Below, piece after piece: positions 1 to 12,300 of a stretch of DNA of 64,000 nt (the stretch's first letter is position 1; each line of letters starts with the position of its first letter). Made by a program: the position numbers and the translations under genes. The notes beneath the pieces were generated by a model that searched no databases, was not told the origin of the DNA, and saw nothing but the letters and a program-made list of their open reading frames with translations. Origin of the DNA: the human T2T-CHM13v2.0 reference genome, Homo sapiens; NCBI RefSeq assembly GCF_009914755.1, contig NC_060940.1; one strand, 5' to 3'.

Positions 1-165
1 CGTTGGAAACGGGTTTTTTCATGTAAGGATAGACAGAGGAATTCCCAGTAACTTCCTTGTGTTGTGTGCATTCAACTCACAGAGTTGAATGATTCTTTAC
101 ACAGAGCAGATTTGAGACACTCTTTTGGTGGAATTTGTAAGTGGAGAATTCAGCCGCTTTGAGGT

Positions 166-182
166 CAACGGTAGAAAAGGAA
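166..182 (+). promoter_or_regulatory. A-box / pJalpha-type site of the A monomer (representative)
   Basis: CAACGGTAGAAAAGGAA lies 171 bp before the CENP-B box, at the homologous position in the alternate monomer. Its reverse complement TTCCTTTTCTACCGTTG resembles the pJalpha motif. Confidence 0.6.
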
Positions 183-336
183 ATATCTTCGTATAAAAAC
201 TAGACAGAATGATTCTCAGAAACTGTTTTGTGATGTGTGCGTTCAACTCACAGAGTTTAACCTTTCTTTTCAAAGAGCAGTTAGGAAACACTCTGTTTGT
301 AAAGTCTGCAAGTGGATATTCAGACCTCTTTGAGGC

Positions 337-353
337 CTTCGTTGGAAACGGGA
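337..353 (+). promoter_or_regulatory. CENP-B box (representative; five per 10-mer at 337, 677, 1017, 1357, 1697, repeating through the window)
   Basis: CTTCGTTGGAAACGGGA/T matches the 17-bp CENP-B box with the essential nTTCGnnnnAnnCGGGn residues. Spacing is 340, 340, 340, 340, 339 bp. Confidence 0.95.
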
Positions 354-3300
354 TTTCTTCATATTATGCTAGACAGATGAATTCTCAGTAACTTCCTTGT
401 GTTGTGTGTATTCAACTCACAGAGTTGAACGATCCTTTACACAGAGCAGATTTGAAACACTGTTTTTCTGGAATTTGCAAGTGGAGATTTCAGCCGCTTT
501 GAGGTCAATGGTAGAAAAGGAAATATCTTCGTATAAAAACTAGACAGAATGATTCTCAGAAACTCCTTTGTGATGTGTGCGTTCAACTCACAGAGTTTAA
601 CCTTTCTTTTCACAGAGCAGTTAGGAAACACTCTGTTTGTGAAGCCTGCCAGTGGATAATCGGACCTCTTTGAGGCCTTCGTTGGAAACGGGATTTCTTC
701 ATATTATGCTAGACAGAAGATTTCTCAGTAACTTCTTTGGGTTGTGTGTATGCAACTCACAGAGTTCAACCTTCCTTTAGAGAGAGCATATTTGAAACAC
801 TCTTTTTGTGGAATTTGCAAGTGGAGATTTCAAGCGCTTCGATGCCAATGGTAGAAAAGGAAATATCTTCGTATAAAAACAAGACAAACTCGTTCCCAGA
901 CACTGCGTAGTGATGTGTGTGTTTAACTCACAGAGTTTAACCTTTCTTTTCATACAGCATTCTGGAAACCCTCTGTTTGTAAAGTCTGCAAGTGGATATT
1001 TGGACCTCTTAGATGCCTTCGTTGGAAACGGGATTTCTTCATATAATGCTAGAGGGAAGAATTCTTAGTAACTTCTTTGTGTTGTGTGTATTCAACTGAC
1101 AGAGTTGAACCTTCCTTTAGACAGAGCAGATTTGAAAGTCTCTTTCTGTGGAATTTGCAAGTGGAGATTTCAAGCGCTTTGAGGCCAAAAGCAGAAAAGG
1201 AAATATTTTCCTATAAAAACTCGACAGAATCTTTCTCAGAAACTGCTCTGGGATGTGTGCGTTCAACTCACAGAGTTTAACTTTTCTTTTCATTCAGCAG
1301 TTTGGAAACACTCTGTTTGGAAAGTCTGCACGTGGATATTTTGACCTCTTTGAGGCCTTCGTTGGAAACGGGTTTTTTTCATGTAAGGCTAGACAGAAGA
1401 AATCTCAGTAACTTCCTTGTGTTGTGTGTATTCAACTGACAGAGTTGAACCTTCCTTTAGACAGAGCAGATTCGAAACACTCTTTTTCTGCAATTTGCAA
1501 GTGGAAACTTCAAGCGCTTTGAGGCCAAAGGCAGAAAAGGAAATATCTTCGTATAAAAACCCGACAGAATCACTCTCAGAAACTGCTCTGTGATGTGTGC
1601 GTTCAACTCACAGAGTTTAACTTTTCTTTTCATTCAGCAGTTTGGAAACACTCTGTTTGTAAAGTCTGCAAGTGGATATCTTGGCCTCTTAGAGGCCTTC
1701 GTTGGAAACGGGTTTTTTCATGTAAGGTTAGACAGAGGAATTCCCAGTAACTTCCTTGTGTTGTGTGCATTCAACTCACAGAGTTGAATGATTCTTTACA
1801 CAGAGCAGATTTGAGACACTCTTTTGGTGGAATTTGTAAGTGGAGAATTCAGCCGCTTTGAGGTCAACGGTAGAAAAGGAAATATCTTCGTATAAAAACT
1901 AGACAGAATGATTCTCAGAAACTGTTTTGTGATGTGTGCGTTCAACTCACAGAGTTTAACCTTTCTTTTCAGAGAGCAGTTAGGAAACACTCTGTTTGTA
2001 AAGTCTGCAAGTGGATATTCAGACCTCTTTGAGGCCTTCGTTGGAAACGGGATTTCTTCATATTATGCTAGACAGATGAATTCTCAGTAACTTCCTTGTG
2101 TTGTGTGTATTCAACTCACAGAGTTGAACGATCCTTTACACAGAGCAGATTTGAAACACTGTTTTTCTGGAATTTGCAAGTGGAGATTTCAGCCGCTTTG
2201 AGGTCAATGGTAGAAAAGGAAATATCTTCGTATAAAAACTAGACAGAATGATTCTCAGAAACTCCTTTGTGATGTGTGCGTTCAACTCACAGAGTTTAAC
2301 CTTTCTTTTCACAGAGCAGTTAGGAAACACTCTGTTTGTGAAGCCTGCCAGTGGATAATCGGACCTCTTTGAGGCCTTCGTTGGAAACGGGATTTCTTCA
2401 TATTATGCTAGACAGAAGATTTCTCAGTAACTTCTTTGGGTTGTGTGTATGCAACTCACAGAGTTCAACCTTCCTTTAGAGAGAGCATATTTGAAACACT
2501 CTTTTTGTGGAATTTGCAAGTGGAGATTTCAAGCGCTTCGATGCCAATGGTAGAAAAGGAAATATCTTCGTATAAAAACAAGACAAACTCGTTCCCAGAC
2601 ACTGCGTAGTGATGTGTGTGTTTAACTCACAGAGTTTAACCTTTCTTTTCATACAGCATTCTGGAAACCCTCTGTTTGTAAAGTCTGCAAGTGGATATTT
2701 GGACCTCTTAGATGCCTTCGTTGGAAACGGGATTTCTTCATATAATGCTAGAGGGAAGAATTCTTAGTAACTTCTTTGTGTTGTGTGTATTCAACTGACA
2801 GAGTTGAACCTTCCTTTAGACAGAGCAGATTTGAAAGTCTCTTTCTGTGGAATTTGCAAGTGGAGATTTCAAGCGCTTTGAGGCCAAAAGCAGAAAAGGA
2901 AATATTTTCCTATAAAAACTCGACAGAATCTTTCTCAGAAACTGCTCTGGGATGTGTGCGTTCAACTCACAGAGTTTAACTTTTCTTTTCATTCAGCAGT
3001 TTGGAAACACTCTGTTTGGAAAGTCTGCACGTGGATATTTTGACCTCTTTGAGGCCTTCGTTGGAAACGGGTTTTTTTCATGTAAGGCTAGACAGAAGAA
3101 ATCTCAGTAACTTCCTTGTGTTGTGTGTATTCAACTGACAGAGTTGAACCTTCCTTTAGACAGAGCAGATTCGAAACACTCTTTTTCTGCAATTTGCAAG
3201 TGGAAACTTCAAGCGCTTTGAGGCCAAAGGCAGAAAAGGAAATATCTTCGTATAAAAACCCGACAGAATCACTCTCAGAAACTGCTCTGTGATGTGTGCG

Positions 3301-6300
3301 TTCAACTCACAGAGTTTAACTTTTCTTTTCATTCAGCAGTTTGGAAACACTCTGTTTGTAAAGTCTGCAAGTGGATATCTTGGCCTCTTAGAGGCCTTCG
3401 TTGGAAACGGGTTTTTTCATGTAAGGTTAGACAGAGGAATTCCCAGTAACTTCCTTGTGTTGTGTGCATTCAACTCACAGAGTTGAATGATTCTTTACAC
3501 AGAGCAGATTTGAGACACTCTTTTGGTGGAATTTGTAAGTGGAGAATTCAGCCGCTTTGAGGTCAACGGTAGAAAAGGAAATATCTTCGTATAAAAACTA
3601 GACAGAATGATTCTCAGAAACTGTTTTGTGATGTGTGCGTTCAACTCACAGAGTTTAACCTTTCTTTTCAAAGAGCAGTTAGGAAACACTCTGTTTGTAA
3701 AGTCTGCAAGTGGATATTCAGACCTCTTTGAGGCCTTCGTTGGAAACGGGATTTCTTCATATTATGCTAGACAGATGAATTCTCAGTAACTTCCTTGTGT
3801 TGTGTGTATTCAACTCACAGAGTTGAACGATCCTTTACACAGAGCAGATTTGAAACACTGTTTTTCTGGAATTTGCAAGTGGAGATTTCAGCCGCTTTGA
3901 GGTCAATGGTAGAAAAGGAAATATCTTCGTATAAAAACTAGACAGAATGATTCTCAGAAACTCCTTTGTGATGTGTGCGTTCAACTCACAGAGTTTAACC
4001 TTTCTTTTCACAGAGCAGTTAGGAAACACTCTGTTTGTGAAGCCTGCCAGTGGATATTCGGACCTCTTTGAGGCCTTCGTTGGAAACGGGATTTCTTCAT
4101 ATTATGCTAGACAGAAGATTTCTCAGTAACTTCTTTGGGTTGTGTGTATGCAACTCACAGAGTTCAACCTTCCTTTAGACAGAGCAGATTTGAAACACTC
4201 TTTTTGTGGAATTTGCAAGTGGAGATTTCAAACGCTTCGATGCCAATGGTAGAAAAGGAAATATCTTCGTATAAAAACAAGACAAACTCATTCCCAGACA
4301 CTGCGTAGTGATGTGTGTGTTTAACTCACAGAGTTTAACCTTTCTTTTCATACAGCATTCTGGAAACCCTCTGTTTGTAAAGTCTGCAAGTGGATATTTG
4401 GACCTCTTAGATGCCTTCGTTGGAAACGGGATTTCTTCATATAATGCTAGAGGGAAGAATTCTTAGTAACTTCTTTGTGTTGTGTGTATTCAACTGACAG
4501 AGTTGAACCTTCCTTTAGACAGAGCAGATTTGAAAGTCTCTTTTTGTGGAATTTGCAAGTGGAGATTTCAAGCGCTTTGAGGCCAAAAGCAGAAAAGGAA
4601 ATATTTTCCTATAAAAACTCGACAGAATCTTTCTCAGAAACTGCTCTGGGATGTGTGCGTTCAACTCACAGAGTTTAACTTTTCTTTTCATTCAGCAGTT
4701 TGGAAACACTCTGATTGGAAAGTCTGCACGTGGATATTTTGACCTCTTTGAGGCCTTCGTTGGAAACGGGTTTTTTTCATGTAAGGCTAGACAGAAGAAA
4801 TCTCAGTAACTTCCTTGTGTTGTGTGTATTCAACTGACAGAGTTGAACCTTCCTTTAGACAGAGCAGATTCGAAACACTCTTTTTCTGCAATTTGCAAGT
4901 GGAGACTTCAAGCGCTTTGAGGCCAAAGGCAGAAAAGGAAATATCTTCGTATAAAAACCCGACAGAATCATTCTCAGAAACTGCTCTGTGATGTGTGCGT
5001 TCAACTCACAGAGTTTAACTTTTCTTTTCATTCAGCAGTTTGGAAACACTCTGTTTGTAAAGTCTGCAAGTGGATATCTTGGCCTCTTAGAGGCCTTCGT
5101 TGGAAACGGGTTTTTTCATGTAAGGTTAGACAGAGGAATTCCCAGTAACTTCCTTGTGTTGTGTGCATTCAACTCACAGAGTTGAATGATTCTTTACACA
5201 GAGCAGATTTGAGACACTCTTTTGGTGGAATTTGTAAGTGGAGAATTCAGCCGCTTTGAGGTCAACGGTAGAAAAGGAAATATCTTCGTATAAAAACTAG
5301 ACAGAATGATTCTCAGAAACTGTTTTGTGATGTGTGCGTTCAACTCACAGAGTTTAACCTTTCTTTTCAAAGAGCAGTTAGGAAACACTCTGTTTGTAAA
5401 GTCTGCAAGTGGATATTCAGACCTCTTTGAGGCCTTCGTTGGAAACGGGATTTCTTCATATTATGCTAGACAGATGAATTCTCAGTAACTTCCTTGTGTT
5501 GTGTGTATTCAACTCACAGAGTTGAACGATCCTTTACACAGAGCAGATTTGAAACACTGTTTTTCTGGAATTTGCAAGTGGAGATTTCAGCCGCTTTGAG
5601 GTCAATGGTAGAAAAGGAAATATCTTCGTATAAAAACTAGACAGAATGATTCTCAGAAACTCCTTTGTGATGTGTGCGTTCAACTCACAGAGTTTAACCT
5701 TTCTTTTCACAGAGCAGTTAGGAAACACTCTGTTTGTGAAGCCTGCCAGTGGATATTCGGACCTCTTTGAGGCCTTCGTTGGAAACGGGATTTCTTCATA
5801 TTATGCTATTCAGAAGATTTCTCAGTAACTTCTTTGTGTTGTGTGTATGCAACTCACAGAGTTCAACCTTCCTTTAGACAGAGCAGATTTGAAACACTCT
5901 TTTTGTGGAATTTGCAAGTGGAGATTTCAAGCGCTTCGATGCCAATGGTAGAAAAGGAAATATCTTCGTATAAAAACAAGACAAACTCGTTCCCAGACAC
6001 TGCGTAGTGATGTGTGTGTTTAACTCACAGAGTTTAACCTTTCTTTTCATACAGCATTCTGGAAACCCTGTGTTTGTAAAGTCTGCAAGTGGATATTTGG
6101 ACCTCTTAGATGCCTTCGTTGGAAACGGGATTTCTTCATATAATGCTAGAGGGAAGAATTCTTAGTAACTTCTTTGTGTTGTGTGTATTCAACTGACAGA
6201 GTTGAACCTTCCTTTAGACAGAGCAGATTTGAAAGTCTCTTTTTGTGGAATTTGCAAGTGGAGATTTCAAGCGCTTTGAGGCCAAAAGCAGAAAAGGAAA

Positions 6301-9300
6301 TATTTTCCTATAAAAACTCGACAGAATCTTTCTCAGAAACTGCTCTGGGATGTGTGCGTTCAACTCACAGAGTTTAACTTTTCTTTTCATTCAGCAGTTT
6401 GGAAACACTCTGTTTGGAAAGTCTGCACGTGGATATTTTGACCTCTTTGAGGCCTTCGTTGGAAACGGGTTTTTTTCATGTAAGGCTAGACAGAAGAAAT
6501 CTCAGTAACTTCCTTGTGTTGTGTGTATTCAACTGACAGAGTTGAACCTTCCTTTAGACAGAGCGGATTCGAAACACTCTTTTTCTGCAATTTGCAAGTG
6601 GAGACTTCAAGCGCTTTGAGGCCAAAGGCAGAAAAGGAAATATCTTCGTATAAAAACCCGACAGAATCATTCTCAGAAACTGCTCTGTGATGTGTGCGTT
6701 CAACTCACAGAGTTTAACTTTTCTTTTCATTCAGCAGTTTGGAAACACTCTGTTTGTAAAGTCTGCAAGTGGATATCTTGGCCTCTTAGAGGCCTTCGTT
6801 GGAAACGGGTTTTTTCATGTAAGGATAGACAGAGGAATTCCCAGTAACTTCCTTGTGTTGTGTGCATTCAACTCACAGAGTTGAATGATTCTTTACACAG
6901 AGCAGATTTGAGACACTCTTTTGGTGGAATTTGTAAGTGGAGAATTCAGCCGCTTTGAGGTCAACGGTAGAAAAGGAAATATCTTCGTATAAAAACTAGA
7001 CAGAATGATTCTCAGAAACTGTTTTGTGATGTGTGCGTTCAACTCACAGAGTTTAACCTTTCTTTTCAAAGAGCAGTTAGGAAACACTCTGTTTGTAAAG
7101 TCTGCAAGTGGATATTCAGACCTCTTTGAGGCCTTCGTTGGAAACGGGATTTCTTCATATTATGCTAGACAGATGAATTCTCAGTAACTTCCTTGTGTTG
7201 TGTGTATTCAACTCACAGAGTTGAACGATCCTTTACACAGAGCAGATTTGAAACACTGTTTTTCTGGAATTTGCAAGTGGAGATTTCAGCCGCTTTGAGG
7301 TCAATGGTAGAAAAGGAAATATCTTCGTATAAAAACTAGACAGAATGATTCTCAGAAACTCCTTTGTGATGTGTGCGTTCAACTCACAGAGTTTAACCTT
7401 TCTTTTCACAGAGCAGTTAGGAAACACTCTGTTTGTGAAGCCTGCCAGTGGATAATCGGACCTCTTTGAGGCCTTCGTTGGAAACGGGATTTCTTCATAT
7501 TATGCTAGACAGAAGATTTCTCAGTAACTTCTTTGTGTTGTGTGTATGCAACTCACAGAGTTCAACCTTCCTTTAGAGAGAGCATATTTGAAACACTCTT
7601 TTTGTGGAATTTGCAAGTGGAGATTTCAAGCGCTTCGATGCCAATGGTAGAAAAGGAAATATCTTCGTATAAAAACAAGACAAACTCGTTCCCAGACACT
7701 GCGTAGTGATGTGTGTGTTTAACTCACAGAGTTTAACCTTTCTTTTCATACAGCATTCTGGAAACCCTGTGTTTGTAAAGTCTGCAAGTGGATATTTGGA
7801 CCTCTTAGATGCCTTCGTTGGAAACGGGATTTCTTCATATAATGCTAGAGGGAAGAATTCTTAGTAACTTCTTTGTGTTGTGTGTATTCAACTGACAGAG
7901 TTGAACCTTCCTTTAGACAGAGCAGATTTGAAAGTCTCTTTCTGTGGAATTTGCAAGTGGAGATTTCAAGCGCTTTGAGGCCAAAAGCAGAAAAGGAAAT
8001 ATTTTCCTATAAAAACTCGACAGAATCTTTCTCAGAAACTGCTCTGGGATGTGTGCGTTCAACTCACAGAGTTTAACTTTTCTTTTCATTCAGCAGTTTG
8101 GAAACACTCTGTTTGGAAAGTCTGCACGTGGATATTTTGACCTCTTTGAGGCCTTCGTTGGAAACGGGTTTTTTTCATGTAAGGCTAGACAGAAGAAATC
8201 TCAGTAACTTCCTTGTGTTGTGTGTATTCAACTGACAGAGTTGAACCTTCCTTTAGACAGAGCAGATTCGAAACACTCTTTTTCTGCAATTTGCAAGTGG
8301 AGACTTCAAGCGCTTTGAGGCCAAAGGCAGAAAAGGAAATATCTTCGTATAAAAACCCGACAGAATCATTCTCAGAAACTGCTCTGTGATGTCTGCGTTC
8401 AACTCACAGAGTTTAACTTTTCTTTTCATTCAGCAGTTTGGAAACACTCTGTTTGTAAAGTCTGCAAGTGGATATCTTGGCCTCTTAGAGGCCTTCGTTG
8501 GAAACGGGTTTTTTCATGTAAGGATAGACAGAGGAATTCCCAGTAACTTCCTTGTGTTGTGTGCATTCAACTCACAGAGTTGAATGATTCTTTACACAGA
8601 GCAGATTTGAGACACTCTTTTGGTGGAATTTGTAAGTGGAGAATTCAGCCGCCTTGAGGTCAACGGTAGAAAAGGAAATATCTTCGTATAAAAACTAGAC
8701 AGAATGATTCTCAGAAACTGTTTTGTGATGTGTGAGTTCAACTCACAGAGTTTAACCTTTCTTTTCAGAGAGCAGTTAGGAAACACTCTGTTTGTAAAGT
8801 CTGCATGTGGATATTCAGACCTCTTTGAGGCCTTCGTTGGAAACGGGATTTCTTCATATTATGCTAGACAGATGAATTCTCAGTAACTTCCTTGTGTTGT
8901 GTGTATTCAACTCACAGAGTTGAACGATCCTTTACACAGAGCAGATTTGAAACACTGTTTTTCTGGAATTTGCAAGTGGAGATTTCAGCCGCTTTGAGGT
9001 CAATGGTAGAAAAGGAAATATCTTCGTATAAAAACTAGACAGAATGATTCTCAGAAACTCCTTTGTGATGTGTGCGTTCAACTCACAGAGTTTAACCTTT
9101 CTTTTCACAGAGCAGTTAGGAAACACTCTGTTTGTGAAGCCTGCCAGTGGATAATCGGACCTCTTTGAGGCCTTCGTTGGAAACGGGATTTCTTCATATT
9201 ATGCTAGACAGAAGATTTCTCAGTAACTTCTTTGTGTTGTGTGTATGCAACTCACAGAGTTCAACCTTCCTTTAGACAGAGCAGATTTGAAACACTCTTT

Positions 9301-12300
9301 TTGTGGAATTTGCAAGTGGAGATTTCAAGCGCTTCGATGCCAATGGTAGAAAAGGAAATATCTTCGTAGAAAAACAAGACAAACTCGTTCCCAGACACTG
9401 CGTAGTGATGTGTGTGTTTAACTCACAGAGTTTAACCTTTCTTTTCATACAGCATTCTGGAAACCCTGTGTTTGTAAAGTCTGCAAGTGGATATTTGGAC
9501 CTCTTAGATGCCTTCGTTGGAAACGGGATTTCTTCATATAATGCTAGAGGGAAGAATTCTTAGTAACTTCTTTGTGTTGTGTGTATTCAACTGACAGAGT
9601 TGAACCTTCCTTTAGACAGAGCAGATTTGAAAGTCTCTTTCTGTGGAATTTGCAAGTGGAGATTTCAAGCGCTTTGAGGCCAAAAGCAGAAAAGGAAATA
9701 TTTTCCTATAAAAACTCGACAGAATCTTTCTCAGAAACTGCTCTGGGATGTGTGCGTTCAACTCACAGAGTTTAACTTTTCTTTTCATTCAGCAGTTTGG
9801 AAACACTCTGTTTGGAAAGTCTGCACGTGGATATTTTGACCTCTTTGAGGCCTTCGTTGGAAACGGGTTTTTTTCATGTAAGGCTAGACAGAAGAAATCT
9901 CAGTAACTTCCTTGTGTTGTGTGTATTCAACTGACAGAGTTGAACCTTCCTTTAGACAGAGCAGATTCGAAACACTCTTTTTCTGCAATTTGCAAGTGGA
10001 AACTTCAAGCGCTTTGAGGCCAAAGGCAGAAAAGGAAATATCTTCGTATAAAAACCCGACAGAATCACTCTCAGAAACTGCTCTGTGATGTGTGCGTTCA
10101 ACTCACAGAGTTTAACTTTTCTTTTCATTCAGCAGTTTGGAAACACTCTGTTTGTAAAGTCTGCAAGTGGATATCTTGGCCTCTTAGAGGCCTTCGTTGG
10201 AAACGGGTTTTTTCATGTAAGGTTAGACAGAGGAATTCCCAGTAACTTCCTTGTGTTGTGTGCATTCAACTCACAGAGTTGAATGATTCTTTACACAGAG
10301 CAGATTTGAGACACTCTTTTGGTGGAATTTGTAAGTGGAGAATTCAGCCGCTTTGAGGTCAACGGTAGAAAAGGAAATATCTTCGTATAAAAACTAGACA
10401 GAATGATTCTCAGAAACTGTTTTGTGATGTGTGCGTTCAACTCACAGAGTTTAACCTTTCTTTTCAAAGAGCAGTTAGGAAACACTCTGTTTGTAAAGTC
10501 TGCAAGTGGATATTCAGACCTCTTTGAGGCCTTCGTTGGAAACGGGATTTCTTCATATTATGCTAGACAGATGAATTCTCAGTAACTTCCTTGTGTTGTG
10601 TGTATTCAACTCACAGAGTTGAACGATCCTTTACACAGAGCAGATTTGAAACACTGTTTTTCTGGAATTTGCAAGTGGAGATTTCAGCCGCTTTGAGGTC
10701 AATGGTAGAAAAGGAAATATCTTCGTATAAAAACTAGACAGAATGATTCTCAGAAACTCCTTTGTGATGTGTGCGTTCAACTCACAGAGTTTAACCTTTC
10801 TTTTCACAGAGCAGTTAGGAAACACTCTGTTTGTGAAGCCTGCCAGTGGATATTCGGACCTCTTTGAGGCCTTCGTTGGAAACGGGATTTCTTCATATTA
10901 TGCTATTCAGAAGATTTCTCAGTAACTTCTTTGTGTTGTGTGTATGCAACTCACAGAGTTCAACCTTCCTTTAGACAGAGCAGATTTGAAACACTCTTTT
11001 TGTGGAATTTGCAAGTGGAGATTTCAAGCGCTTCGATGCCAATGGTAGAAAAGGAAATATCTTCGTATAAAAACAAGACAAACTCGTTCCCAGACACTGC
11101 GTAGTGATGTGTGTGTTTAACTCACAGAGTTTAACCTTTCTTTTCATACAGCATTCTGGAAACCCTGTGTTTGTAAAGTCTGCAAGTGGATATTTGGACC
11201 TCTTAGATGCCTTCGTTGGAAACGGGATTTCTTCATATAATGCTAGAGGGAAGAATTCTTAGTAACTTCTTTGTGTTGTGTGTATTCAACTGACAGAGTT
11301 GAACCTTCCTTTAGACAGAGCAGATTTGAAAGTCTCTTTTTGTGGAATTTGCAAGTGGAGATTTCAAGCGCTTTGAGGCCAAAAGCAGAAAAGGAAATAT
11401 TTTCCTATAAAAACTCGACAGAATCTTTCTCAGAAACTGCTCTGGGATGTGTGCGTTCAACTCACAGAGTTTAACTTTTCTTTTCATTCAGCAGTTTGGA
11501 AACACTCTGTTTGGAAAGTCTGCACGTGGATATTTTGACCTCTTTGAGGCCTTCGTTGGAAACGGGTTTTTTTCATGTAAGGCTAGACAGAAGAAATCTC
11601 AGTAACTTCCTTGTGTTGTGTGTATTCAACTGACAGAGTTGAACCTTCCTTTAGACAGAGCAGATTCGAAACACTCTTTTTCTGCAATTTGCAAGTGGAG
11701 ACTTCAAGCGCTTTGAGGCCAAAGGCAGAAAAGGAAATATCTTCGTATAAAAACCCGACAGAATCATTCTCAGAAACTGCTCTGTGATGTGTGCGTTCAA
11801 CTCACAGAGTTTAACTTTTCTTTTCATTCAGCAGTTTGGAAACACTCTGTTTGTAAAGTCTGCAAGTGGATATCTTGGCCTCTTAGAGGCCTTCGTTGGA
11901 AACGGGTTTTTTCATGTAAGGTTAGACAGAGGAATTCCCAGTAACTTCCTTGTGTTGTGTGCATTCAACTCACAGAGTTGAATGATTCTTTACACAGAGC
12001 AGATTTGAGACACTCTTTTGGTGGAATTTGTAAGTGGAGAATTCAGCCGCTTTGAGGTCAACGGTAGAAAAGGAAATATCTTCGTATAAAAACTAGACAG
12101 AATGATTCTCAGAAACTGTTTTGTGATGTGTGCGTTCAACTCACAGAGTTTAACCTTTCTTTTCAAAGAGCAGTTAGGAAACACTCTGTTTGTAAAGTCT
12201 GCAAGTGGATATTCAGACCTCTTTGAGGCCTTCGTTGGAAACGGGATTTCTTCATATTATGCTAGACAGATGAATTCTCAGTAACTTCCTTGTGTTGTGT

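Noticed and set aside
192-199. TATAAAA TATA-like motif (and CACGTG E-box near 1329)
   Set aside because: These are ordinary parts of the alphoid monomers, and nothing in the sequence supports promoter function.
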